A DNA stretch of 64,000 nt. Origin: Candidatus Latescibacterota bacterium. GTDB lineage: Bacteria > Latescibacterota > UBA2968 > UBA8231. The DNA lies in the NCBI GenBank assembly GCA_965243025.1, contig CBDETY010000003.1:5152001-5216000 (forward strand), in the 5' to 3' direction. The notes under the pieces were generated by a model. That model was not told the origin of the DNA. It was given only the letters and a program-made list of their open reading frames with translations, and searched no databases. Each line of letters opens with the position of its first letter. Position 1 is the stretch's first letter. Position numbers and translations under genes: made by a program. Shown here one piece after another: positions 29,672 to 39,323 of the stretch.

Positions 29672-31240
29672 TCACGCCGTCCCGCGGGAATTGTGCGCGT
29701 CGAACAGCGCGATGATTCGGCTCGCGTCCGGACGCCGCATGCGGCGGGCGATACTCCAGGGTGTTCTCCCGGAATCGTCTTCGCGGTGCGGGTCGGCCCC
29801 GTGGGACAGCAGCAGCTCGACGGTTTTGACCATGTCCGCCCGGGGTCCGGCCTTCAGCGCGTAAATCAGGGGAGTCTTCCCCCGTTCGCTCGGCGCGTCG
29901 ACCGGGGCATGGTTTCTCAGCAGCACTTCCATTGCACCGGTAAATCCCGCCCTGGCGGCATAGTGCAGCGCCCCGGCGCCGCGCAGCACCGTGTCGATTC
30001 GGGCGCCCCTGTCCAGCAGGGCCTGGACGTAGCCGGGATCGTCCCTCTGGCTGTTGTTTCCCGTACATGTCCTCCATACCCAGTCCCCTTCCGGGTAGTT
30101 GACGTCGGCCCCGTGCCTCATCAGGAGGGCGGAGGCCCCCGGATCGAGGACCCAGCGCCCGCACCCGATCCTCGAGGCGTCGGCCCCTCGCTCCAACAGC
30201 AGCCTGAGCAGGCGGGTCTGTCCCCGGCCGGCGGCGTACCTGACCAGTGGAGTGCTGTTGACACCCGGTTCGGCGCCCGTTTCGAAGAGCAACCTCACGG
30301 CCTCTTCGTGTCCTCCGTAAACGGCATGATGGACAGGCGTTACGGGAAGGAGATCGCAGGCGGGATCGTGTGCGTTGACCAGACCGGGTACTTCCTGGAG
30401 CAGCGTCGAAATCCGGTCCGGATCGCCGAGAAAGCAGGCGCTGAAGATGTCGTACACGGCTCCCCGGTCCCGAAGAACCCCGGCGGTTTCGAGTTTGTTC
30501 CTGCAGCGGGCGGCGCAGTACGGAGTCAGCATGAGATCGCTCGTGCGCGGCGCCGGCAGGTTGGCGTCAACTCCCCGGTCCAGCAGCATGGCCGCTACGG
30601 CGGTGCGGCCCCGCAGGGCGGCTTCAACCAGGAGGATCGCCCCATGCGACGGATCGCTCAAAACGGCTGGATCTTCGTCGAGGAATCGGTTCAGTTCTTC
30701 CAGCTGACCCCGGGCCGCCAGTCTGGCCGGCTCCCTGTATCTCTTCTCCCTGTGGCATCGCAGTTGCCGCCGGTTTTTCGGGGGGTTATCCTCGTTGACC
30801 AGGCCGTGAGCGAGGGGTCCGAGGGTCGCAAGAACCTCCTCGACGAGCCGCTCCTCCCCGAGGTTGTCGCGCAGGGAGGCGGTCATGTGCATCAGCCACC
30901 GCTCCGCGGATTCCCGGGTGATGTGGATATGTCCGTGTCTGCTTTTTATTCCCCCATAGGCATGATGAAGGGTGTAATCCCGTTCACCGCCCATCCATTC
31001 TTCCATGAAGGCTTTCTGCTTCATGCGTTCGGAAGCCAGCGTCCGGGTGAACATGGGACGCAGTTCGGCGTCATTCTCGATGCGGTCATACAGACCGTCG
31101 ATGATTCTCCCGACAACGGAGCGGCCCCCGATCCGGGCAAACAGGGTCGGATCGGGCCTCAGGTTTGGGGCGAGGCCGCCGCGGTGGGCCAGGGCAGCCC
31201 GCACGCTGGAGGACTCAGGTATACTGCAGGCGGCAGGCAC
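29672..31240 (-). CDS. Truncated (2/2, group II-like) globin fused to ankyrin repeats
   Basis: LFARIGG, LYDRI..D..L.PMF, WMGG..Y, SRH, ERWL..M; ankyrin TPVHHA, TPLVRYA, ALHYAA, TPLIYA. Confidence 0.8.
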   Translation of the reverse strand: MPAACSIPESSSVRAALAHRGGLAPNLRPDPTLFARIGGRSVVGRIIDGLYDRIENDAELRPMFTRTLASERMKQKAFMEEWMGGERDYTLHHAYGGIKSRHGHIHITRESAERWLMHMTASLRDNLGEERLVEEVLATLGPLAHGLVNEDNPPKNRRQLRCHREKRYREPARLAARGQLEELNRFLDEDPAVLSDPSHGAILLVEAALRGRTAVAAMLLDRGVDANLPAPRTSDLMLTPYCAARCRNKLETAGVLRDRGAVYDIFSACFLGDPDRISTLLQEVPGLVNAHDPACDLLPVTPVHHAVYGGHEEAVRLLFETGAEPGVNSTPLVRYAAGRGQTRLLRLLLERGADASRIGCGRWVLDPGASALLMRHGADVNYPEGDWVWRTCTGNNSQRDDPGYVQALLDRGARIDTVLRGAGALHYAARAGFTGAMEVLLRNHAPVDAPSERGKTPLIYALKAGPRADMVKTVELLLSHGADPHREDDSGRTPWSIARRMRRPDASRIIALFDAHNSRGTA

Positions 31241-31449
31241 GACGACAATCTGAAGGTTGGGTCAATTTTGTCTGTTTCCCCGTCTGCACACCTGAGCGGG
31301 GAGACGGCTTGGGGTCGGGAGCAAATTAAATTGCAGGTTTCCTGCTTTCAAGGGATTTCGATATCCTCAGCCTGTTTCATTTCTATAGAAAGCTATAAAA
31401 TTGAAAGTTTACCCCGGGTATGTATCTGTAACAGGGATTGAGAATACAA

Positions 31450-32388
31450 ATGGCGGAATACGAGTGGCGTCAGGTAACGGAGACAGCAGCGTTCGCGGCC
31501 CGGGACGGGGCCGGGGCGCTGGTGTTCAGGGACCGAATGTGGCTGCTGGGCGGATGGAACCCGGGAGATAAAGTCAACTTCCCGGTGATCTGCAACAGCG
31601 AGGTCTGGTCCTCCGCGGAGGGCGCCGCATGGACGCTCGAGAATCCCCGGGCGCCCTGGGAGGGCAGGCATACCGCAGGGTACGCGGTGCATGGCGGCAG
31701 GATGTGGATCGTGGGAGGAGACTGCAACCAGGGCCATTACCAGAACGATGTCTGGAGCAGCGCCGACGGCATTCGTTGGGAGCTGGCGAACGATTGCGTG
31801 CCGTGGGGTCCCCGGGTGCTCCATCATACCCTTGCATTCGGCGACAGAATCTGGGTGATGGGCGGGCAGACGATTCCCAACTTTGCAGACGCTGAGGAGG
31901 TCTTCTACAACGACGTGTGGAGTTCGGAAGACGGGATCGGCTGGACCCGCGTTGCCGCGAGCGCTCCCTGGCCCCCCCGGGGGATGATCGGGGGAGCCGT
32001 CGTGCACGGCGGCAGGATGTGGGTTCTGGGCGGGGGCACCTACGATACCCCTGCAACTCCGGTCCGGAAGTTCTACAACGACGTCTGGAGCTCGGAAGAC
32101 GGGGAGAGCTGGGAACTGCACCTGGCGCACGCACCGTGGGCTCCCAGGCAGTACCACGAGGTGGCGGCGTTCGACGGCCGCATGTGGGTGCTCGAAGGCT
32201 GGGCCCCGGAGAGCGGGAATCGCCGGGATGTGTGGTATTCGGCCGATGGTGCGGACTGGACCGAACTTCCGGATACCCCCTGGGCGCCCCGGCATGCGGG
32301 GAGCGTGTTCGTGTACGACGGGTCGCTGTGGATGGTGGCGGGGAACAACATGGAGCCGGATGTCTGGAGGCTTTCCCCCAGGGGATAG
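31450..32388 (+). CDS. Kelch/beta-propeller repeat protein
   Basis: Repeats of RMW..GG...NDVWSS.DG..W...APW..R. Confidence 0.82.
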   Translation: MAEYEWRQVTETAAFAARDGAGALVFRDRMWLLGGWNPGDKVNFPVICNSEVWSSAEGAAWTLENPRAPWEGRHTAGYAVHGGRMWIVGGDCNQGHYQNDVWSSADGIRWELANDCVPWGPRVLHHTLAFGDRIWVMGGQTIPNFADAEEVFYNDVWSSEDGIGWTRVAASAPWPPRGMIGGAVVHGGRMWVLGGGTYDTPATPVRKFYNDVWSSEDGESWELHLAHAPWAPRQYHEVAAFDGRMWVLEGWAPESGNRRDVWYSADGADWTELPDTPWAPRHAGSVFVYDGSLWMVAGNNMEPDVWRLSPRG

Positions 32389-32395
32389 GTGTTTT

Positions 32396-33241
32396 ATGGA
32401 CCGAAGAATGGCGGAATACCGGGCTCAGGGTTATACCGTATTCGAAGGGCTGTACGACGAACCCACCATGCAGGCCTGGCGCCGCGAGCAGGACCGGCTG
32501 GAAGCCCTCTCCGCGGAGGGGCCCCATGGGCAGGAACCCACCGATTGGTTCGGCAACATGCTCGAAAGAGCGCCGCAACTGATGTGGCCGGCAGTGGCTC
32601 ATCCGGTCATTCTCGACTTTGCCGAGCAGGTGGTGGGGCCTTTCGTGCAGCTCGACAACCTCACCCTTGCCGCCTTTCCCTCGGTGGACCCGGGTGAAGC
32701 CGCCGGCAAGGCCAGCCGTTGGCATCGAGACCGCTGGTCCCGCATGCCAAGCGGCACGTACGAACGTCCTCTGGCCTTCAATGCCATCTGCTATCTGCAG
32801 GATCTGGACGACCAGTACGGGCCGCTCAGGGTTCTGCCGGGTTCTCACGTCGAACCGGTTGCCCTGTCCGAGGAGGAGACCCGGACTCCCCACCGGGACG
32901 AGCGGTTGATCCGCATGAAAGCCGGCGACGTGGTTTTCACCCACAGTGGCCTGCTTCACTCGGGGACGCCCAATACCTCGGGACGCAAGCGCTACTTCTT
33001 CAGTGTGTACTACAACATCTCCTGGCTCAAGCACACGGATACCTTCACCGGACCCAACTGCCAGCAGCTCATCGCCTGGGCCCGGAGCAGGCAGGACCAC
33101 AGGGCCCTGCGCCTGTTGGGCCGGGACGAGCACCTGCAGAGCCGCGGCAACAGCGGTTTCCAGCAGCCCGACGAAGCGCGCTGGCGTCAGTGGGCCCGGG
33201 AAGACCAGCGCGCTCTGGAAGAGGCCGCCAGACGGGAATAG
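32396..33241 (+). CDS. PhyH-family Fe(II)/2OG dioxygenase
   Basis: WHRD, GPLRVLPGSH, AGDVVF...LHSG..N...R. Confidence 0.85.
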   Translation: MDRRMAEYRAQGYTVFEGLYDEPTMQAWRREQDRLEALSAEGPHGQEPTDWFGNMLERAPQLMWPAVAHPVILDFAEQVVGPFVQLDNLTLAAFPSVDPGEAAGKASRWHRDRWSRMPSGTYERPLAFNAICYLQDLDDQYGPLRVLPGSHVEPVALSEEETRTPHRDERLIRMKAGDVVFTHSGLLHSGTPNTSGRKRYFFSVYYNISWLKHTDTFTGPNCQQLIAWARSRQDHRALRLLGRDEHLQSRGNSGFQQPDEARWRQWAREDQRALEEAARRE

Positions 33242-33247
33242 TCCGCG

Positions 33248-34465
33248 ATGCTGGATTTCAAACCACCTGAGCCCGGCACGGCAACGATTCAACTGTTGCG
33301 AGCCCTGATGCCGCTTGTGAACCGCTGGTATCTGAAAGGGTTGACCCTGGATGTCGATGCGGAGTCGATTGCCCGGTTGAAGGCGATACGAGGGCACTCA
33401 GCGGTCCTGGCCCCCAACCATCCGGCGCACGAAGACCCCGCGGTACTGTTCCTCCTGTCGAAGGAACTGTCGCAGCCGTTCTACTACATGGCCGCCCGCG
33501 AGGTCTTCGACAAGGGCAGGTTCGGGGCTGTCAGATGCAAACTGCTGCAGCGGGTCGGTGTGTACTCGGTGGTGCGCGGAACCGTGGACAGGGACGCATT
33601 CCGGACGACCCGGAAGCTCCTGTCAGAGGGGGATTGGCCCATCGTCATCTTTGGCGAAGGGGAAATTTCCCGCCAGAACGACACCGTAATGCGTTTCGAG
33701 AGAGGCATCGTTCAAATGTGCTTCTGGGCACTGGACGACATGGAAAAGGCGGAAGTCGGGAAGCCCCTCCATGTCGTGCCCGTCGGCATCAAGTACCGTT
33801 ACCCGCGAGACATGTGGAACTCCGTCGATGCCGCTCTCGCGAGGCTGGAACGCCATATACTCCCCCCTGCCGAACGGACGCCGGTGGAACGCTACGACCG
33901 GTTGCGCCGAATCGGCGTCGCCATATTCAGGACGCTCGCTGCGGAATACCAGTACGAGATGGATGAAGCCGTATCGCTCGAAGTGCATATCGAAAGGTTG
34001 AAAGACGCGATCCTGGCACGTGCCGAAGGGATTATGGGTATTCAGACTGAAGCGGACATACTCACAAGGACACGGGCGCTGAAAAACATGGTTGATGCAA
34101 GTGTTTATCGGGACCTCGAGCAGATGACGGAGTACGAACGGAAAATACATGAAGAGCAGCTCCAGAAATTCCAGCAGTTCTATCCCGACCTGGAGCGGTT
34201 GATCAACTTCATATCGATTACCGACGGGTACGTCGCTGAAGAGCCGTCCCAGGAGCGGTTTCTCGACGTGATTCTCCGTCTTGAAAGAGAGGTCTTCGGG
34301 AGCTCGGAATTGCGGGGGCCGCGGGTGGCATCGGTCCGCGTCGGTGAACCGAAAAACCTCCGGGAATGTCACGACGCTTACAGAGCCCGGAAAAGAGAAA
34401 CGGTAGAACAGGTAACCCGGGAAGTTGAAACGTCGGTTCAGAATCTGGTCGGTGGGTTGGCCTGA
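33248..34465 (+). CDS. Phospholipid/glycerol acyltransferase (PlsC-like, long form)
   Basis: NHPAHED (HxxxxD), YSVVRG..D, IFGEG, VPVGIKY. Confidence 0.85.
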   Translation: MLDFKPPEPGTATIQLLRALMPLVNRWYLKGLTLDVDAESIARLKAIRGHSAVLAPNHPAHEDPAVLFLLSKELSQPFYYMAAREVFDKGRFGAVRCKLLQRVGVYSVVRGTVDRDAFRTTRKLLSEGDWPIVIFGEGEISRQNDTVMRFERGIVQMCFWALDDMEKAEVGKPLHVVPVGIKYRYPRDMWNSVDAALARLERHILPPAERTPVERYDRLRRIGVAIFRTLAAEYQYEMDEAVSLEVHIERLKDAILARAEGIMGIQTEADILTRTRALKNMVDASVYRDLEQMTEYERKIHEEQLQKFQQFYPDLERLINFISITDGYVAEEPSQERFLDVILRLEREVFGSSELRGPRVASVRVGEPKNLRECHDAYRARKRETVEQVTREVETSVQNLVGGLA

Positions 34466-34583
34466 ACTTCATGGACAATGGCATTGCCCGAACTGCGGCG
34501 CCTGACCTTCCACGCCCCGGGCAGGCACGATCAGCTAATGCCCGGCCTTCAGGTCGCCTGAGAGTCTCAGCCCCGCACCCTTG

Positions 34584-35018
34584 CTACGGATCGCGAGCCT
34601 CGATTGTCGAGGAAACGTCAGATGGGGTGCACGAGAAGCCCCGTTCCGCGAAATGCTCGTCGAAGGCGAAAACTTCCCGCAGACCTGCACGAGACATGAA
34701 AGCGAAGCTGACGCAGTCAACGAGGCTCAGGCGTCTGCGGCCGGCGGCGAGCATGGAAGCCATCCCGACGGAGTGGAGACCTTCGTCGATCCATTCGACC
34801 CGCAGGACAGGTCTGATGTCCTGGTCGAGTGCGCGAACGGCATCTACTCCAAGCCGGTGCTGGATGAGGGCGGTCGTCTCCACCAGGATGTAGCTGGTCG
34901 TAACGAGAGAGAAGGCGCCGCGCACGAGACGGTGCCACTCTGCGGTTGCCCGCGAATGCTGGTCGTCGTCGGCATCGAGAACTGCGTAAATCGCGGAGGT
35001 ATCGACCAGGACACTCAC
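34584..35018 (-). CDS. vapC: VapC/PIN toxin, intact
   Basis: VDTSA, ILVET, SLVDCVSF, AFDEHF. Confidence 0.88.
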   Translation of the reverse strand: MSVLVDTSAIYAVLDADDDQHSRATAEWHRLVRGAFSLVTTSYILVETTALIQHRLGVDAVRALDQDIRPVLRVEWIDEGLHSVGMASMLAAGRRRLSLVDCVSFAFMSRAGLREVFAFDEHFAERGFSCTPSDVSSTIEARDP

Positions 35019-35266
35019 CTGCGGTATGCATCCTGCAGGTGGAGGTCATGTTTCGCGGCCCCATCGCCTCCCCCGGATCGGAATTTGCCGGCCACCGAGA
35101 GCGCACGTTCGATGCGCTCCTCATCGGTTGGGGCTGTCTCCGTCGAACGCAGCAGGAGATCGACCCCCTGGCGAATCACCGTCGCCATGGAAACCTGACG
35201 CTCGGCGGCGATCCGCTTGACGTGCCGCGCCTGTTCATCGGTCAACTGAATCTGTGTTCGAACCAT
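35015..35266 (-). CDS. CopG/RHH antitoxin
   Basis: MVRTQIQLT...VSMA.VIR..VD; HD.HL; overlaps the PIN gene by 4 nt. Confidence 0.85.
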   Translation of the reverse strand: MVRTQIQLTDEQARHVKRIAAERQVSMATVIRQGVDLLLRSTETAPTDEERIERALSVAGKFRSGGGDGAAKHDLHLQDAYRR

Positions 35267-35279
35267 TCCGATGGCCTCA

Positions 35280-35308
35280 TGTTATCATATTATGTTGTAA
35301 TGATAACA
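35280..35308. promoter_or_regulatory. Inverted-repeat operator of the TA operon
   Basis: TGTTATCAT-N11-ATGATAACA immediately upstream of the antitoxin start. Confidence 0.65.
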
Positions 35309-35500
35309 CATCGACAGACAGAATCAATCCGACGCGGGGGCGACGCCAGCACGGGGTCAGGATGATGAGGCGGTCCCAGTTGGGCAGAGCCCTGATCCAG
35401 CCGGGTGGATGGGGGAAGCGTCAGCTCGGCCTCCGAGGCCGGGATTTTCAACCCCTGGCCGAGCCCGGTGGACAAGGTCGGGCACGGCCGGAACAGCACA

Positions 35501-36082
35501 CTAATGCAATTCCGTTGCATCTCCGGCCAGGGCGAAGAACCGGTCTCCCTCCGACCACAGCCGTATTCCGACACCGTCGTGGATCGCCTCCAGGGCGTCG
35601 AGGCGGACCAGCTCCTCGGTCGCTGACGTGACGTAGAGGGTGTGCCGCCGTCCGTCGACGTTCAGCCTGACGAGCCCGGCAAGACGGCCCTGGATGGAGC
35701 AGTAGCGAGCGCCGGCCACCGCGGCGCCAGGGATCGGGACTCCCGGCTCCGGGGCGATGCCGAGGCGGGGAAGAGCGAGGGCGGCATCGGAAAAGCTCGC
35801 TGCCTCGAATTCGGGAGGCAGGTTCTTGCTGTGGTTCATCGCGACCTCGGCGAGGACGGCGTTGCGGAAGTCCGCCGCCTTCTGGTGAAGGTGGATGCCG
35901 CCGAGGCTGACCAGGAGCATGGCGGCAACGCCCGTAATCAAGGCCGGTTTCCACCGGTTGCGGCGGGCTTTCCGGCCTTCTTCCACGAGGCGGTCGACGC
36001 GGTGGCCGGCAAGGCGGTGTTCCGCGTAATACCGGCGCAGCGCCCCGTCGAGAGGGGCGTCGTTGCAGGCGGCGTCACTCAT
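35501..36082 (-). CDS. Putative anti-sigma factor (single TM)
   Basis: Coupled to the ECF sigma gene; one TM helix; VAMNH, GARYCSIQG periplasmic domain. Confidence 0.6.
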   Translation of the reverse strand: MSDAACNDAPLDGALRRYYAEHRLAGHRVDRLVEEGRKARRNRWKPALITGVAAMLLVSLGGIHLHQKAADFRNAVLAEVAMNHSKNLPPEFEAASFSDAALALPRLGIAPEPGVPIPGAAVAGARYCSIQGRLAGLVRLNVDGRRHTLYVTSATEELVRLDALEAIHDGVGIRLWSEGDRFFALAGDATELH

Positions 36083-36540
36083 CGGTCCTCCCGCCTGGCC
36101 TGGTCGCGGATGAGCCTGCGCAGGCGCGCCTTGCCGCGGTGGATGAGGCTGAGGACGGTTCCCCGGGGCCGCTCCATGAGCTCGGCCGCTTCTGCCGCCG
36201 TGAATCCCTGCACGACCTGGAGGTAGATCGCCTCGCGTTCCTCGGGCCGCAGTCGCGACAGGGCCTGTTCCAGGTCAACCCGGTCCAGGTGCAGGTCCTC
36301 CGTCGGCCCGGGTGCCGGATGCGTCTCTTCCTCGAGGCTCTCGCTCGGGAAGCGCCGCTGCCGGCGCCAGGCATCGAAGTAGAGGTTGCGGATCGTCGTG
36401 AACAGCAGCGGCCGGTCCGGGTGCCGCCGACCACGGCGAGCCAGCCGGAGATAGGCTTCGTGCACGAGGTCTTCGGCGTCGGCTTCCACCCCGGTCAAAG
36501 ACAGGGCATAGCCGTATCCGGCCTGGATCAGCTCCCTCAA
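36079..36540 (-). CDS. ECF RNA polymerase sigma factor
   Basis: DAEDLVHEAY, RNLYFD..RR, L.PEEREA..L....G....EAA....PRGTV.S.IHRG. Confidence 0.88.
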   Translation of the reverse strand: MRELIQAGYGYALSLTGVEADAEDLVHEAYLRLARRGRRHPDRPLLFTTIRNLYFDAWRRQRRFPSESLEEETHPAPGPTEDLHLDRVDLEQALSRLRPEEREAIYLQVVQGFTAAEAAELMERPRGTVLSLIHRGKARLRRLIRDQARREDR

Positions 36541-36941
36541 TCCTTCGATTCGCTCGGGGTCTCTTCGACGCGGTAGGGGCGCTTGGTTCCGGCGACCTTG
36601 TGGACGATGGCGTCGAGAACCCGCAAATCCTCCTTTTCGCCGGCGACGAGGAAGTCGACGTCGATCATGGTGCCGTCGGCGGAGGTGAAGTCGGCGCAGC
36701 TGACGTAGAACTCCCCCTTGCGGACGACGCCGCTATGGAGCTCGACGAATCCGAGCCTCAGGAGCTCCCCTTCGACCCCATCGTAGACGACGTACTTCTC
36801 ACCGACGCGGTTCGCGTCGATGTGGGCTTTCATTGCCTTCTGCACCCCCGCCTTTTCCTCTTTCGGGATGTTTGGATCGTCGGCGGAGTGGGCGGAGGCG
36901 GCGAGGAGGGTTGCGAGGCCGAGGGCGATCGCGAAGCGCAT
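36537..36941 (-). CDS. Small secreted protein, first gene of the ECF operon
   Basis: Signal peptide MRFAIALGLATLLAASAHS; stop overlaps the sigma start. Confidence 0.6.
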   Translation of the reverse strand: MRFAIALGLATLLAASAHSADDPNIPKEEKAGVQKAMKAHIDANRVGEKYVVYDGVEGELLRLGFVELHSGVVRKGEFYVSCADFTSADGTMIDVDFLVAGEKEDLRVLDAIVHKVAGTKRPYRVEETPSESKD

Positions 36942-37100
36942 GGTCCTGCTCCTGGTTGATGAGTGAAGGGGACTTGCCACATTAACGAACCAAGGGCCAC
37001 AATGATTGCGTGGTGTAAGTGACGCGCAACAGTTTGGTTCACGGACAGGAAGAAGGTTGCTGACGAGGTTGGCCAACCTGGTTTCGATGGGGGACCCCAG

Positions 37101-37499
37101 ATGAGCGAATGGTTGCGGGACGCGGCCCTGGTCGGTGTCGGTGGGTTCTTCGGGGCTGCCGGGAGGTTTCTCCTGAGCGGCTGGATCGGCGCTCACTCGG
37201 GGCAGTTCCCTTACGGCACCCTGGCGGTGAATGTAATCGGATCGCTGGCGATCGGTTTCCTGGTGGCGGGGCTGGCCGAGCGGGTTCTGGCGGGGGCAGC
37301 GGTGAGGTTGCTGGTGATGGCCGGGTTTCTCGGCGCCTTCACCACGTTTTCGGCGTTCAGCTACGAATCGGTCCAGCTGTGGAACCAAGGCCGCTGGCCG
37401 GCCTTGCTCGCCAACATCGGCTTGAGCGTCGGCGGCTGCCTGCTGGCCACCTCCACCGGAATGGTTGCGGCGCGCGCCCTGACCCCGGGCCAGCCCTAG
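37101..37499 (+). CDS. crcB: Fluoride efflux channel CrcB/FluC
   Basis: GG..GA..R, PYGTLAVNVIGS, GFLGAFTTFSAF. Confidence 0.93.
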   Translation: MSEWLRDAALVGVGGFFGAAGRFLLSGWIGAHSGQFPYGTLAVNVIGSLAIGFLVAGLAERVLAGAAVRLLVMAGFLGAFTTFSAFSYESVQLWNQGRWPALLANIGLSVGGCLLATSTGMVAARALTPGQP

Positions 37500-37601
37500 G
37501 TGTCTCCGCGGCCCGGCGCGGCCCTCCCTGCCGGCCGGGATTCACCTTGCCGGATTTGAGAACCGCCATGCTGGCGGTCCGTGCAACCCACTGGCACCGT
37601 T

Positions 37602-38150
37602 TCAGAACAGTATATCGGCAAACGTCAACAGCCATGCCTCGAAGTCGATGCCTTGCCTGTCCTGCTGAACCACTGTTTGTGGCTGTTGAGCATGTGGTGA
37701 TCCCGAACGCAGCACCAACCTGGACAAGTGCTCGTGGACGAGGTGCCACCCATCTCCCTGCCGGACCCACACGCTGGAGAGGCGAAAGGTGTTCATGCGG
37801 CCGCCCTGTTTTTTCCGGGAGATTCTCGCGTCCAGGTACCCTGTCACCACGGCGGTGTCGTCGAGGAGTTGCACCTCGATATGGCGGGGTTCGAAGGCGA
37901 AAGTGAGCCCGGCCTTGAACCCGGCTTTCATGCGGTCCTGGTCGAACCCCTCGCGCAGCAGACCGCCGGATGAGGAGAAAATGGAATAGTCCGGTGAAAA
38001 ATTGCGGCCAAGTGCTTCATGGTCCCTGGCTGCGAAAGCCCGGTAATGGTCCATCACCGTTGACCGCACGCTCTCCTCGTCGGTGGAACCGGGGGCCGGC
38101 AACAGGGCCAGTGTGCAGAAGACAGGGAGAAAATGCCTGAAGTTGATCAT
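37602..38150 (-). CDS. Secreted NTF2/SnoaL-like (DUF4440-type) protein
   Basis: Signal peptide; DTAVVTG, R.SSVWVRQGDGWHLVHEHLS. Confidence 0.75.
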   Translation of the reverse strand: MINFRHFLPVFCTLALLPAPGSTDEESVRSTVMDHYRAFAARDHEALGRNFSPDYSIFSSSGGLLREGFDQDRMKAGFKAGLTFAFEPRHIEVQLLDDTAVVTGYLDARISRKKQGGRMNTFRLSSVWVRQGDGWHLVHEHLSRLVLRSGSPHAQQPQTVVQQDRQGIDFEAWLLTFADILF

Positions 38151-38223
38151 GGAGGGTGAAATCCCCTTTCGGTATCTGACGCAAAGGAAGCGACGGAAGC
38201 GGGTGGCTTAACTACAAATCGGT

Positions 38224-38246
38224 TACTAATTCATTGAAAATCAGTA
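38224..38246. promoter_or_regulatory. Palindromic site TACTAAT-N9-ATCAGTA (copy 1)
   Basis: Same arms and 9-nt spacer as 41002 and 42422, one mismatch. Confidence 0.45.
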
Positions 38247-38503
38247 GGATTGTGCCCCGGTACCGTATTGGGTCAGCAGGAAGTCACGCCCGATTTTCCC
38301 TGAAGGGACGCTCCAGATCAAGAACCTGGTCAGCTTGAGCGGCCCCTGTTTGCCAGTTGGCACCTTCGCCGGAATGGCTGCCGCTTGCGGCTGACCGGGT
38401 TTGGCAGTAATGGGATCCGAGGTGACCGAATGGCCCGATACACTGGATGCCCAGGAATGGGAGGGTGTTCGAATAGGAGGAGTCGCTGGAGAAGGGCGTT
38501 CGA

Positions 38504-39307
38504 TTACATCCCGTCGGACAATCGCTGCCTGTACCTTTCCAAATCTTCCAAGCTCACGGCATCCGGCGGAACTAACTGGTAGTGCTTCTCCGATACCACC
38601 TTTACATCCTCCCCTTCCTGCTCGAACTCGAAGAGCGCGATCAGGTCATCCTGCATCAGCTGGGTTCCTACGGGCCGGCAGATCAGAGAGGGCAGCTTGT
38701 CCGCACAAAGGGCAATGTCCTGCTCGATCTGTACTCGGTTCAGACTGTCATTTCCGCCCTTGGCCTGAACAGGCACCACGTAGTGAGATCCGCCTTTATC
38801 TACGCCGACGTAAATTTCGTCCGTTTCTACCTGTCCCATACCGCGAACCGTTGTCCGCAAATGGTTCTGAAGGGAGTAACAGGCGATTCCGAGGAAAATA
38901 TCGATCAGACGGTTGTAGCGAACGCGGGCCAACACAGCCTGTTCGTCGCTGAATGCGTACTTGGCGATTATTCCCGGAGTCGAGTCGGGTATTTTCGTAG
39001 AAGCCAGGTCCGGGTTGGGGGCAAGGGGTCGGTCGCTGACCAGGGCAAAGCGGTATTTGCCTATCCCAGTCGAGCGGATGATCCAGGTTTCGCCGACAGG
39101 TGCTTTTTCCAAAATGCTGGAAGGGAGCTCCGTTCTGTACCGGAAGCTGTAGATCACATCTCCCAGGTTCTTGGGCAGACGAATATTCAGCCTGGAAGCG
39201 AACTCGGAAATCTCCTCTCGTTCGAAGTTCACTTCCCGTTGCCCGCTCTCATACTTGGAGTGGAAAATCTCCTCGATGATAGTTGTATAGCGATTCTTTG
39301 AAGGAAT
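38504..39307 (-). CDS. Putative type II restriction endonuclease (PD-(D/E)XK), probable ATT start
   Basis: ETDEIY...VPVQAKG core; directly downstream of the MTase; GGAGG then ATT opens the frame 25 codons before GTG 39232. Confidence 0.7.
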   Translation of the reverse strand: MPSKNRYTTIIEEIFHSKYESGQREVNFEREEISEFASRLNIRLPKNLGDVIYSFRYRTELPSSILEKAPVGETWIIRSTGIGKYRFALVSDRPLAPNPDLASTKIPDSTPGIIAKYAFSDEQAVLARVRYNRLIDIFLGIACYSLQNHLRTTVRGMGQVETDEIYVGVDKGGSHYVVPVQAKGGNDSLNRVQIEQDIALCADKLPSLICRPVGTQLMQDDLIALFEFEQEGEDVKVVSEKHYQLVPPDAVSLEDLERYRQRLSDGM

Positions 39308-39323
39308 GGTTTTCCCCTCCCGG

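Noticed and set aside
35280-35308. dif/XerCD site (ttatgttgtaa resembles the XerD arm)
   Set aside because: No XerC arm; better explained as the TA operator palindrome
36945-37100. Fluoride riboswitch upstream of crcB
   Set aside because: No GGCGATGG...GCC / GCTxATGAC pattern found by eye; only a chance cgatgg
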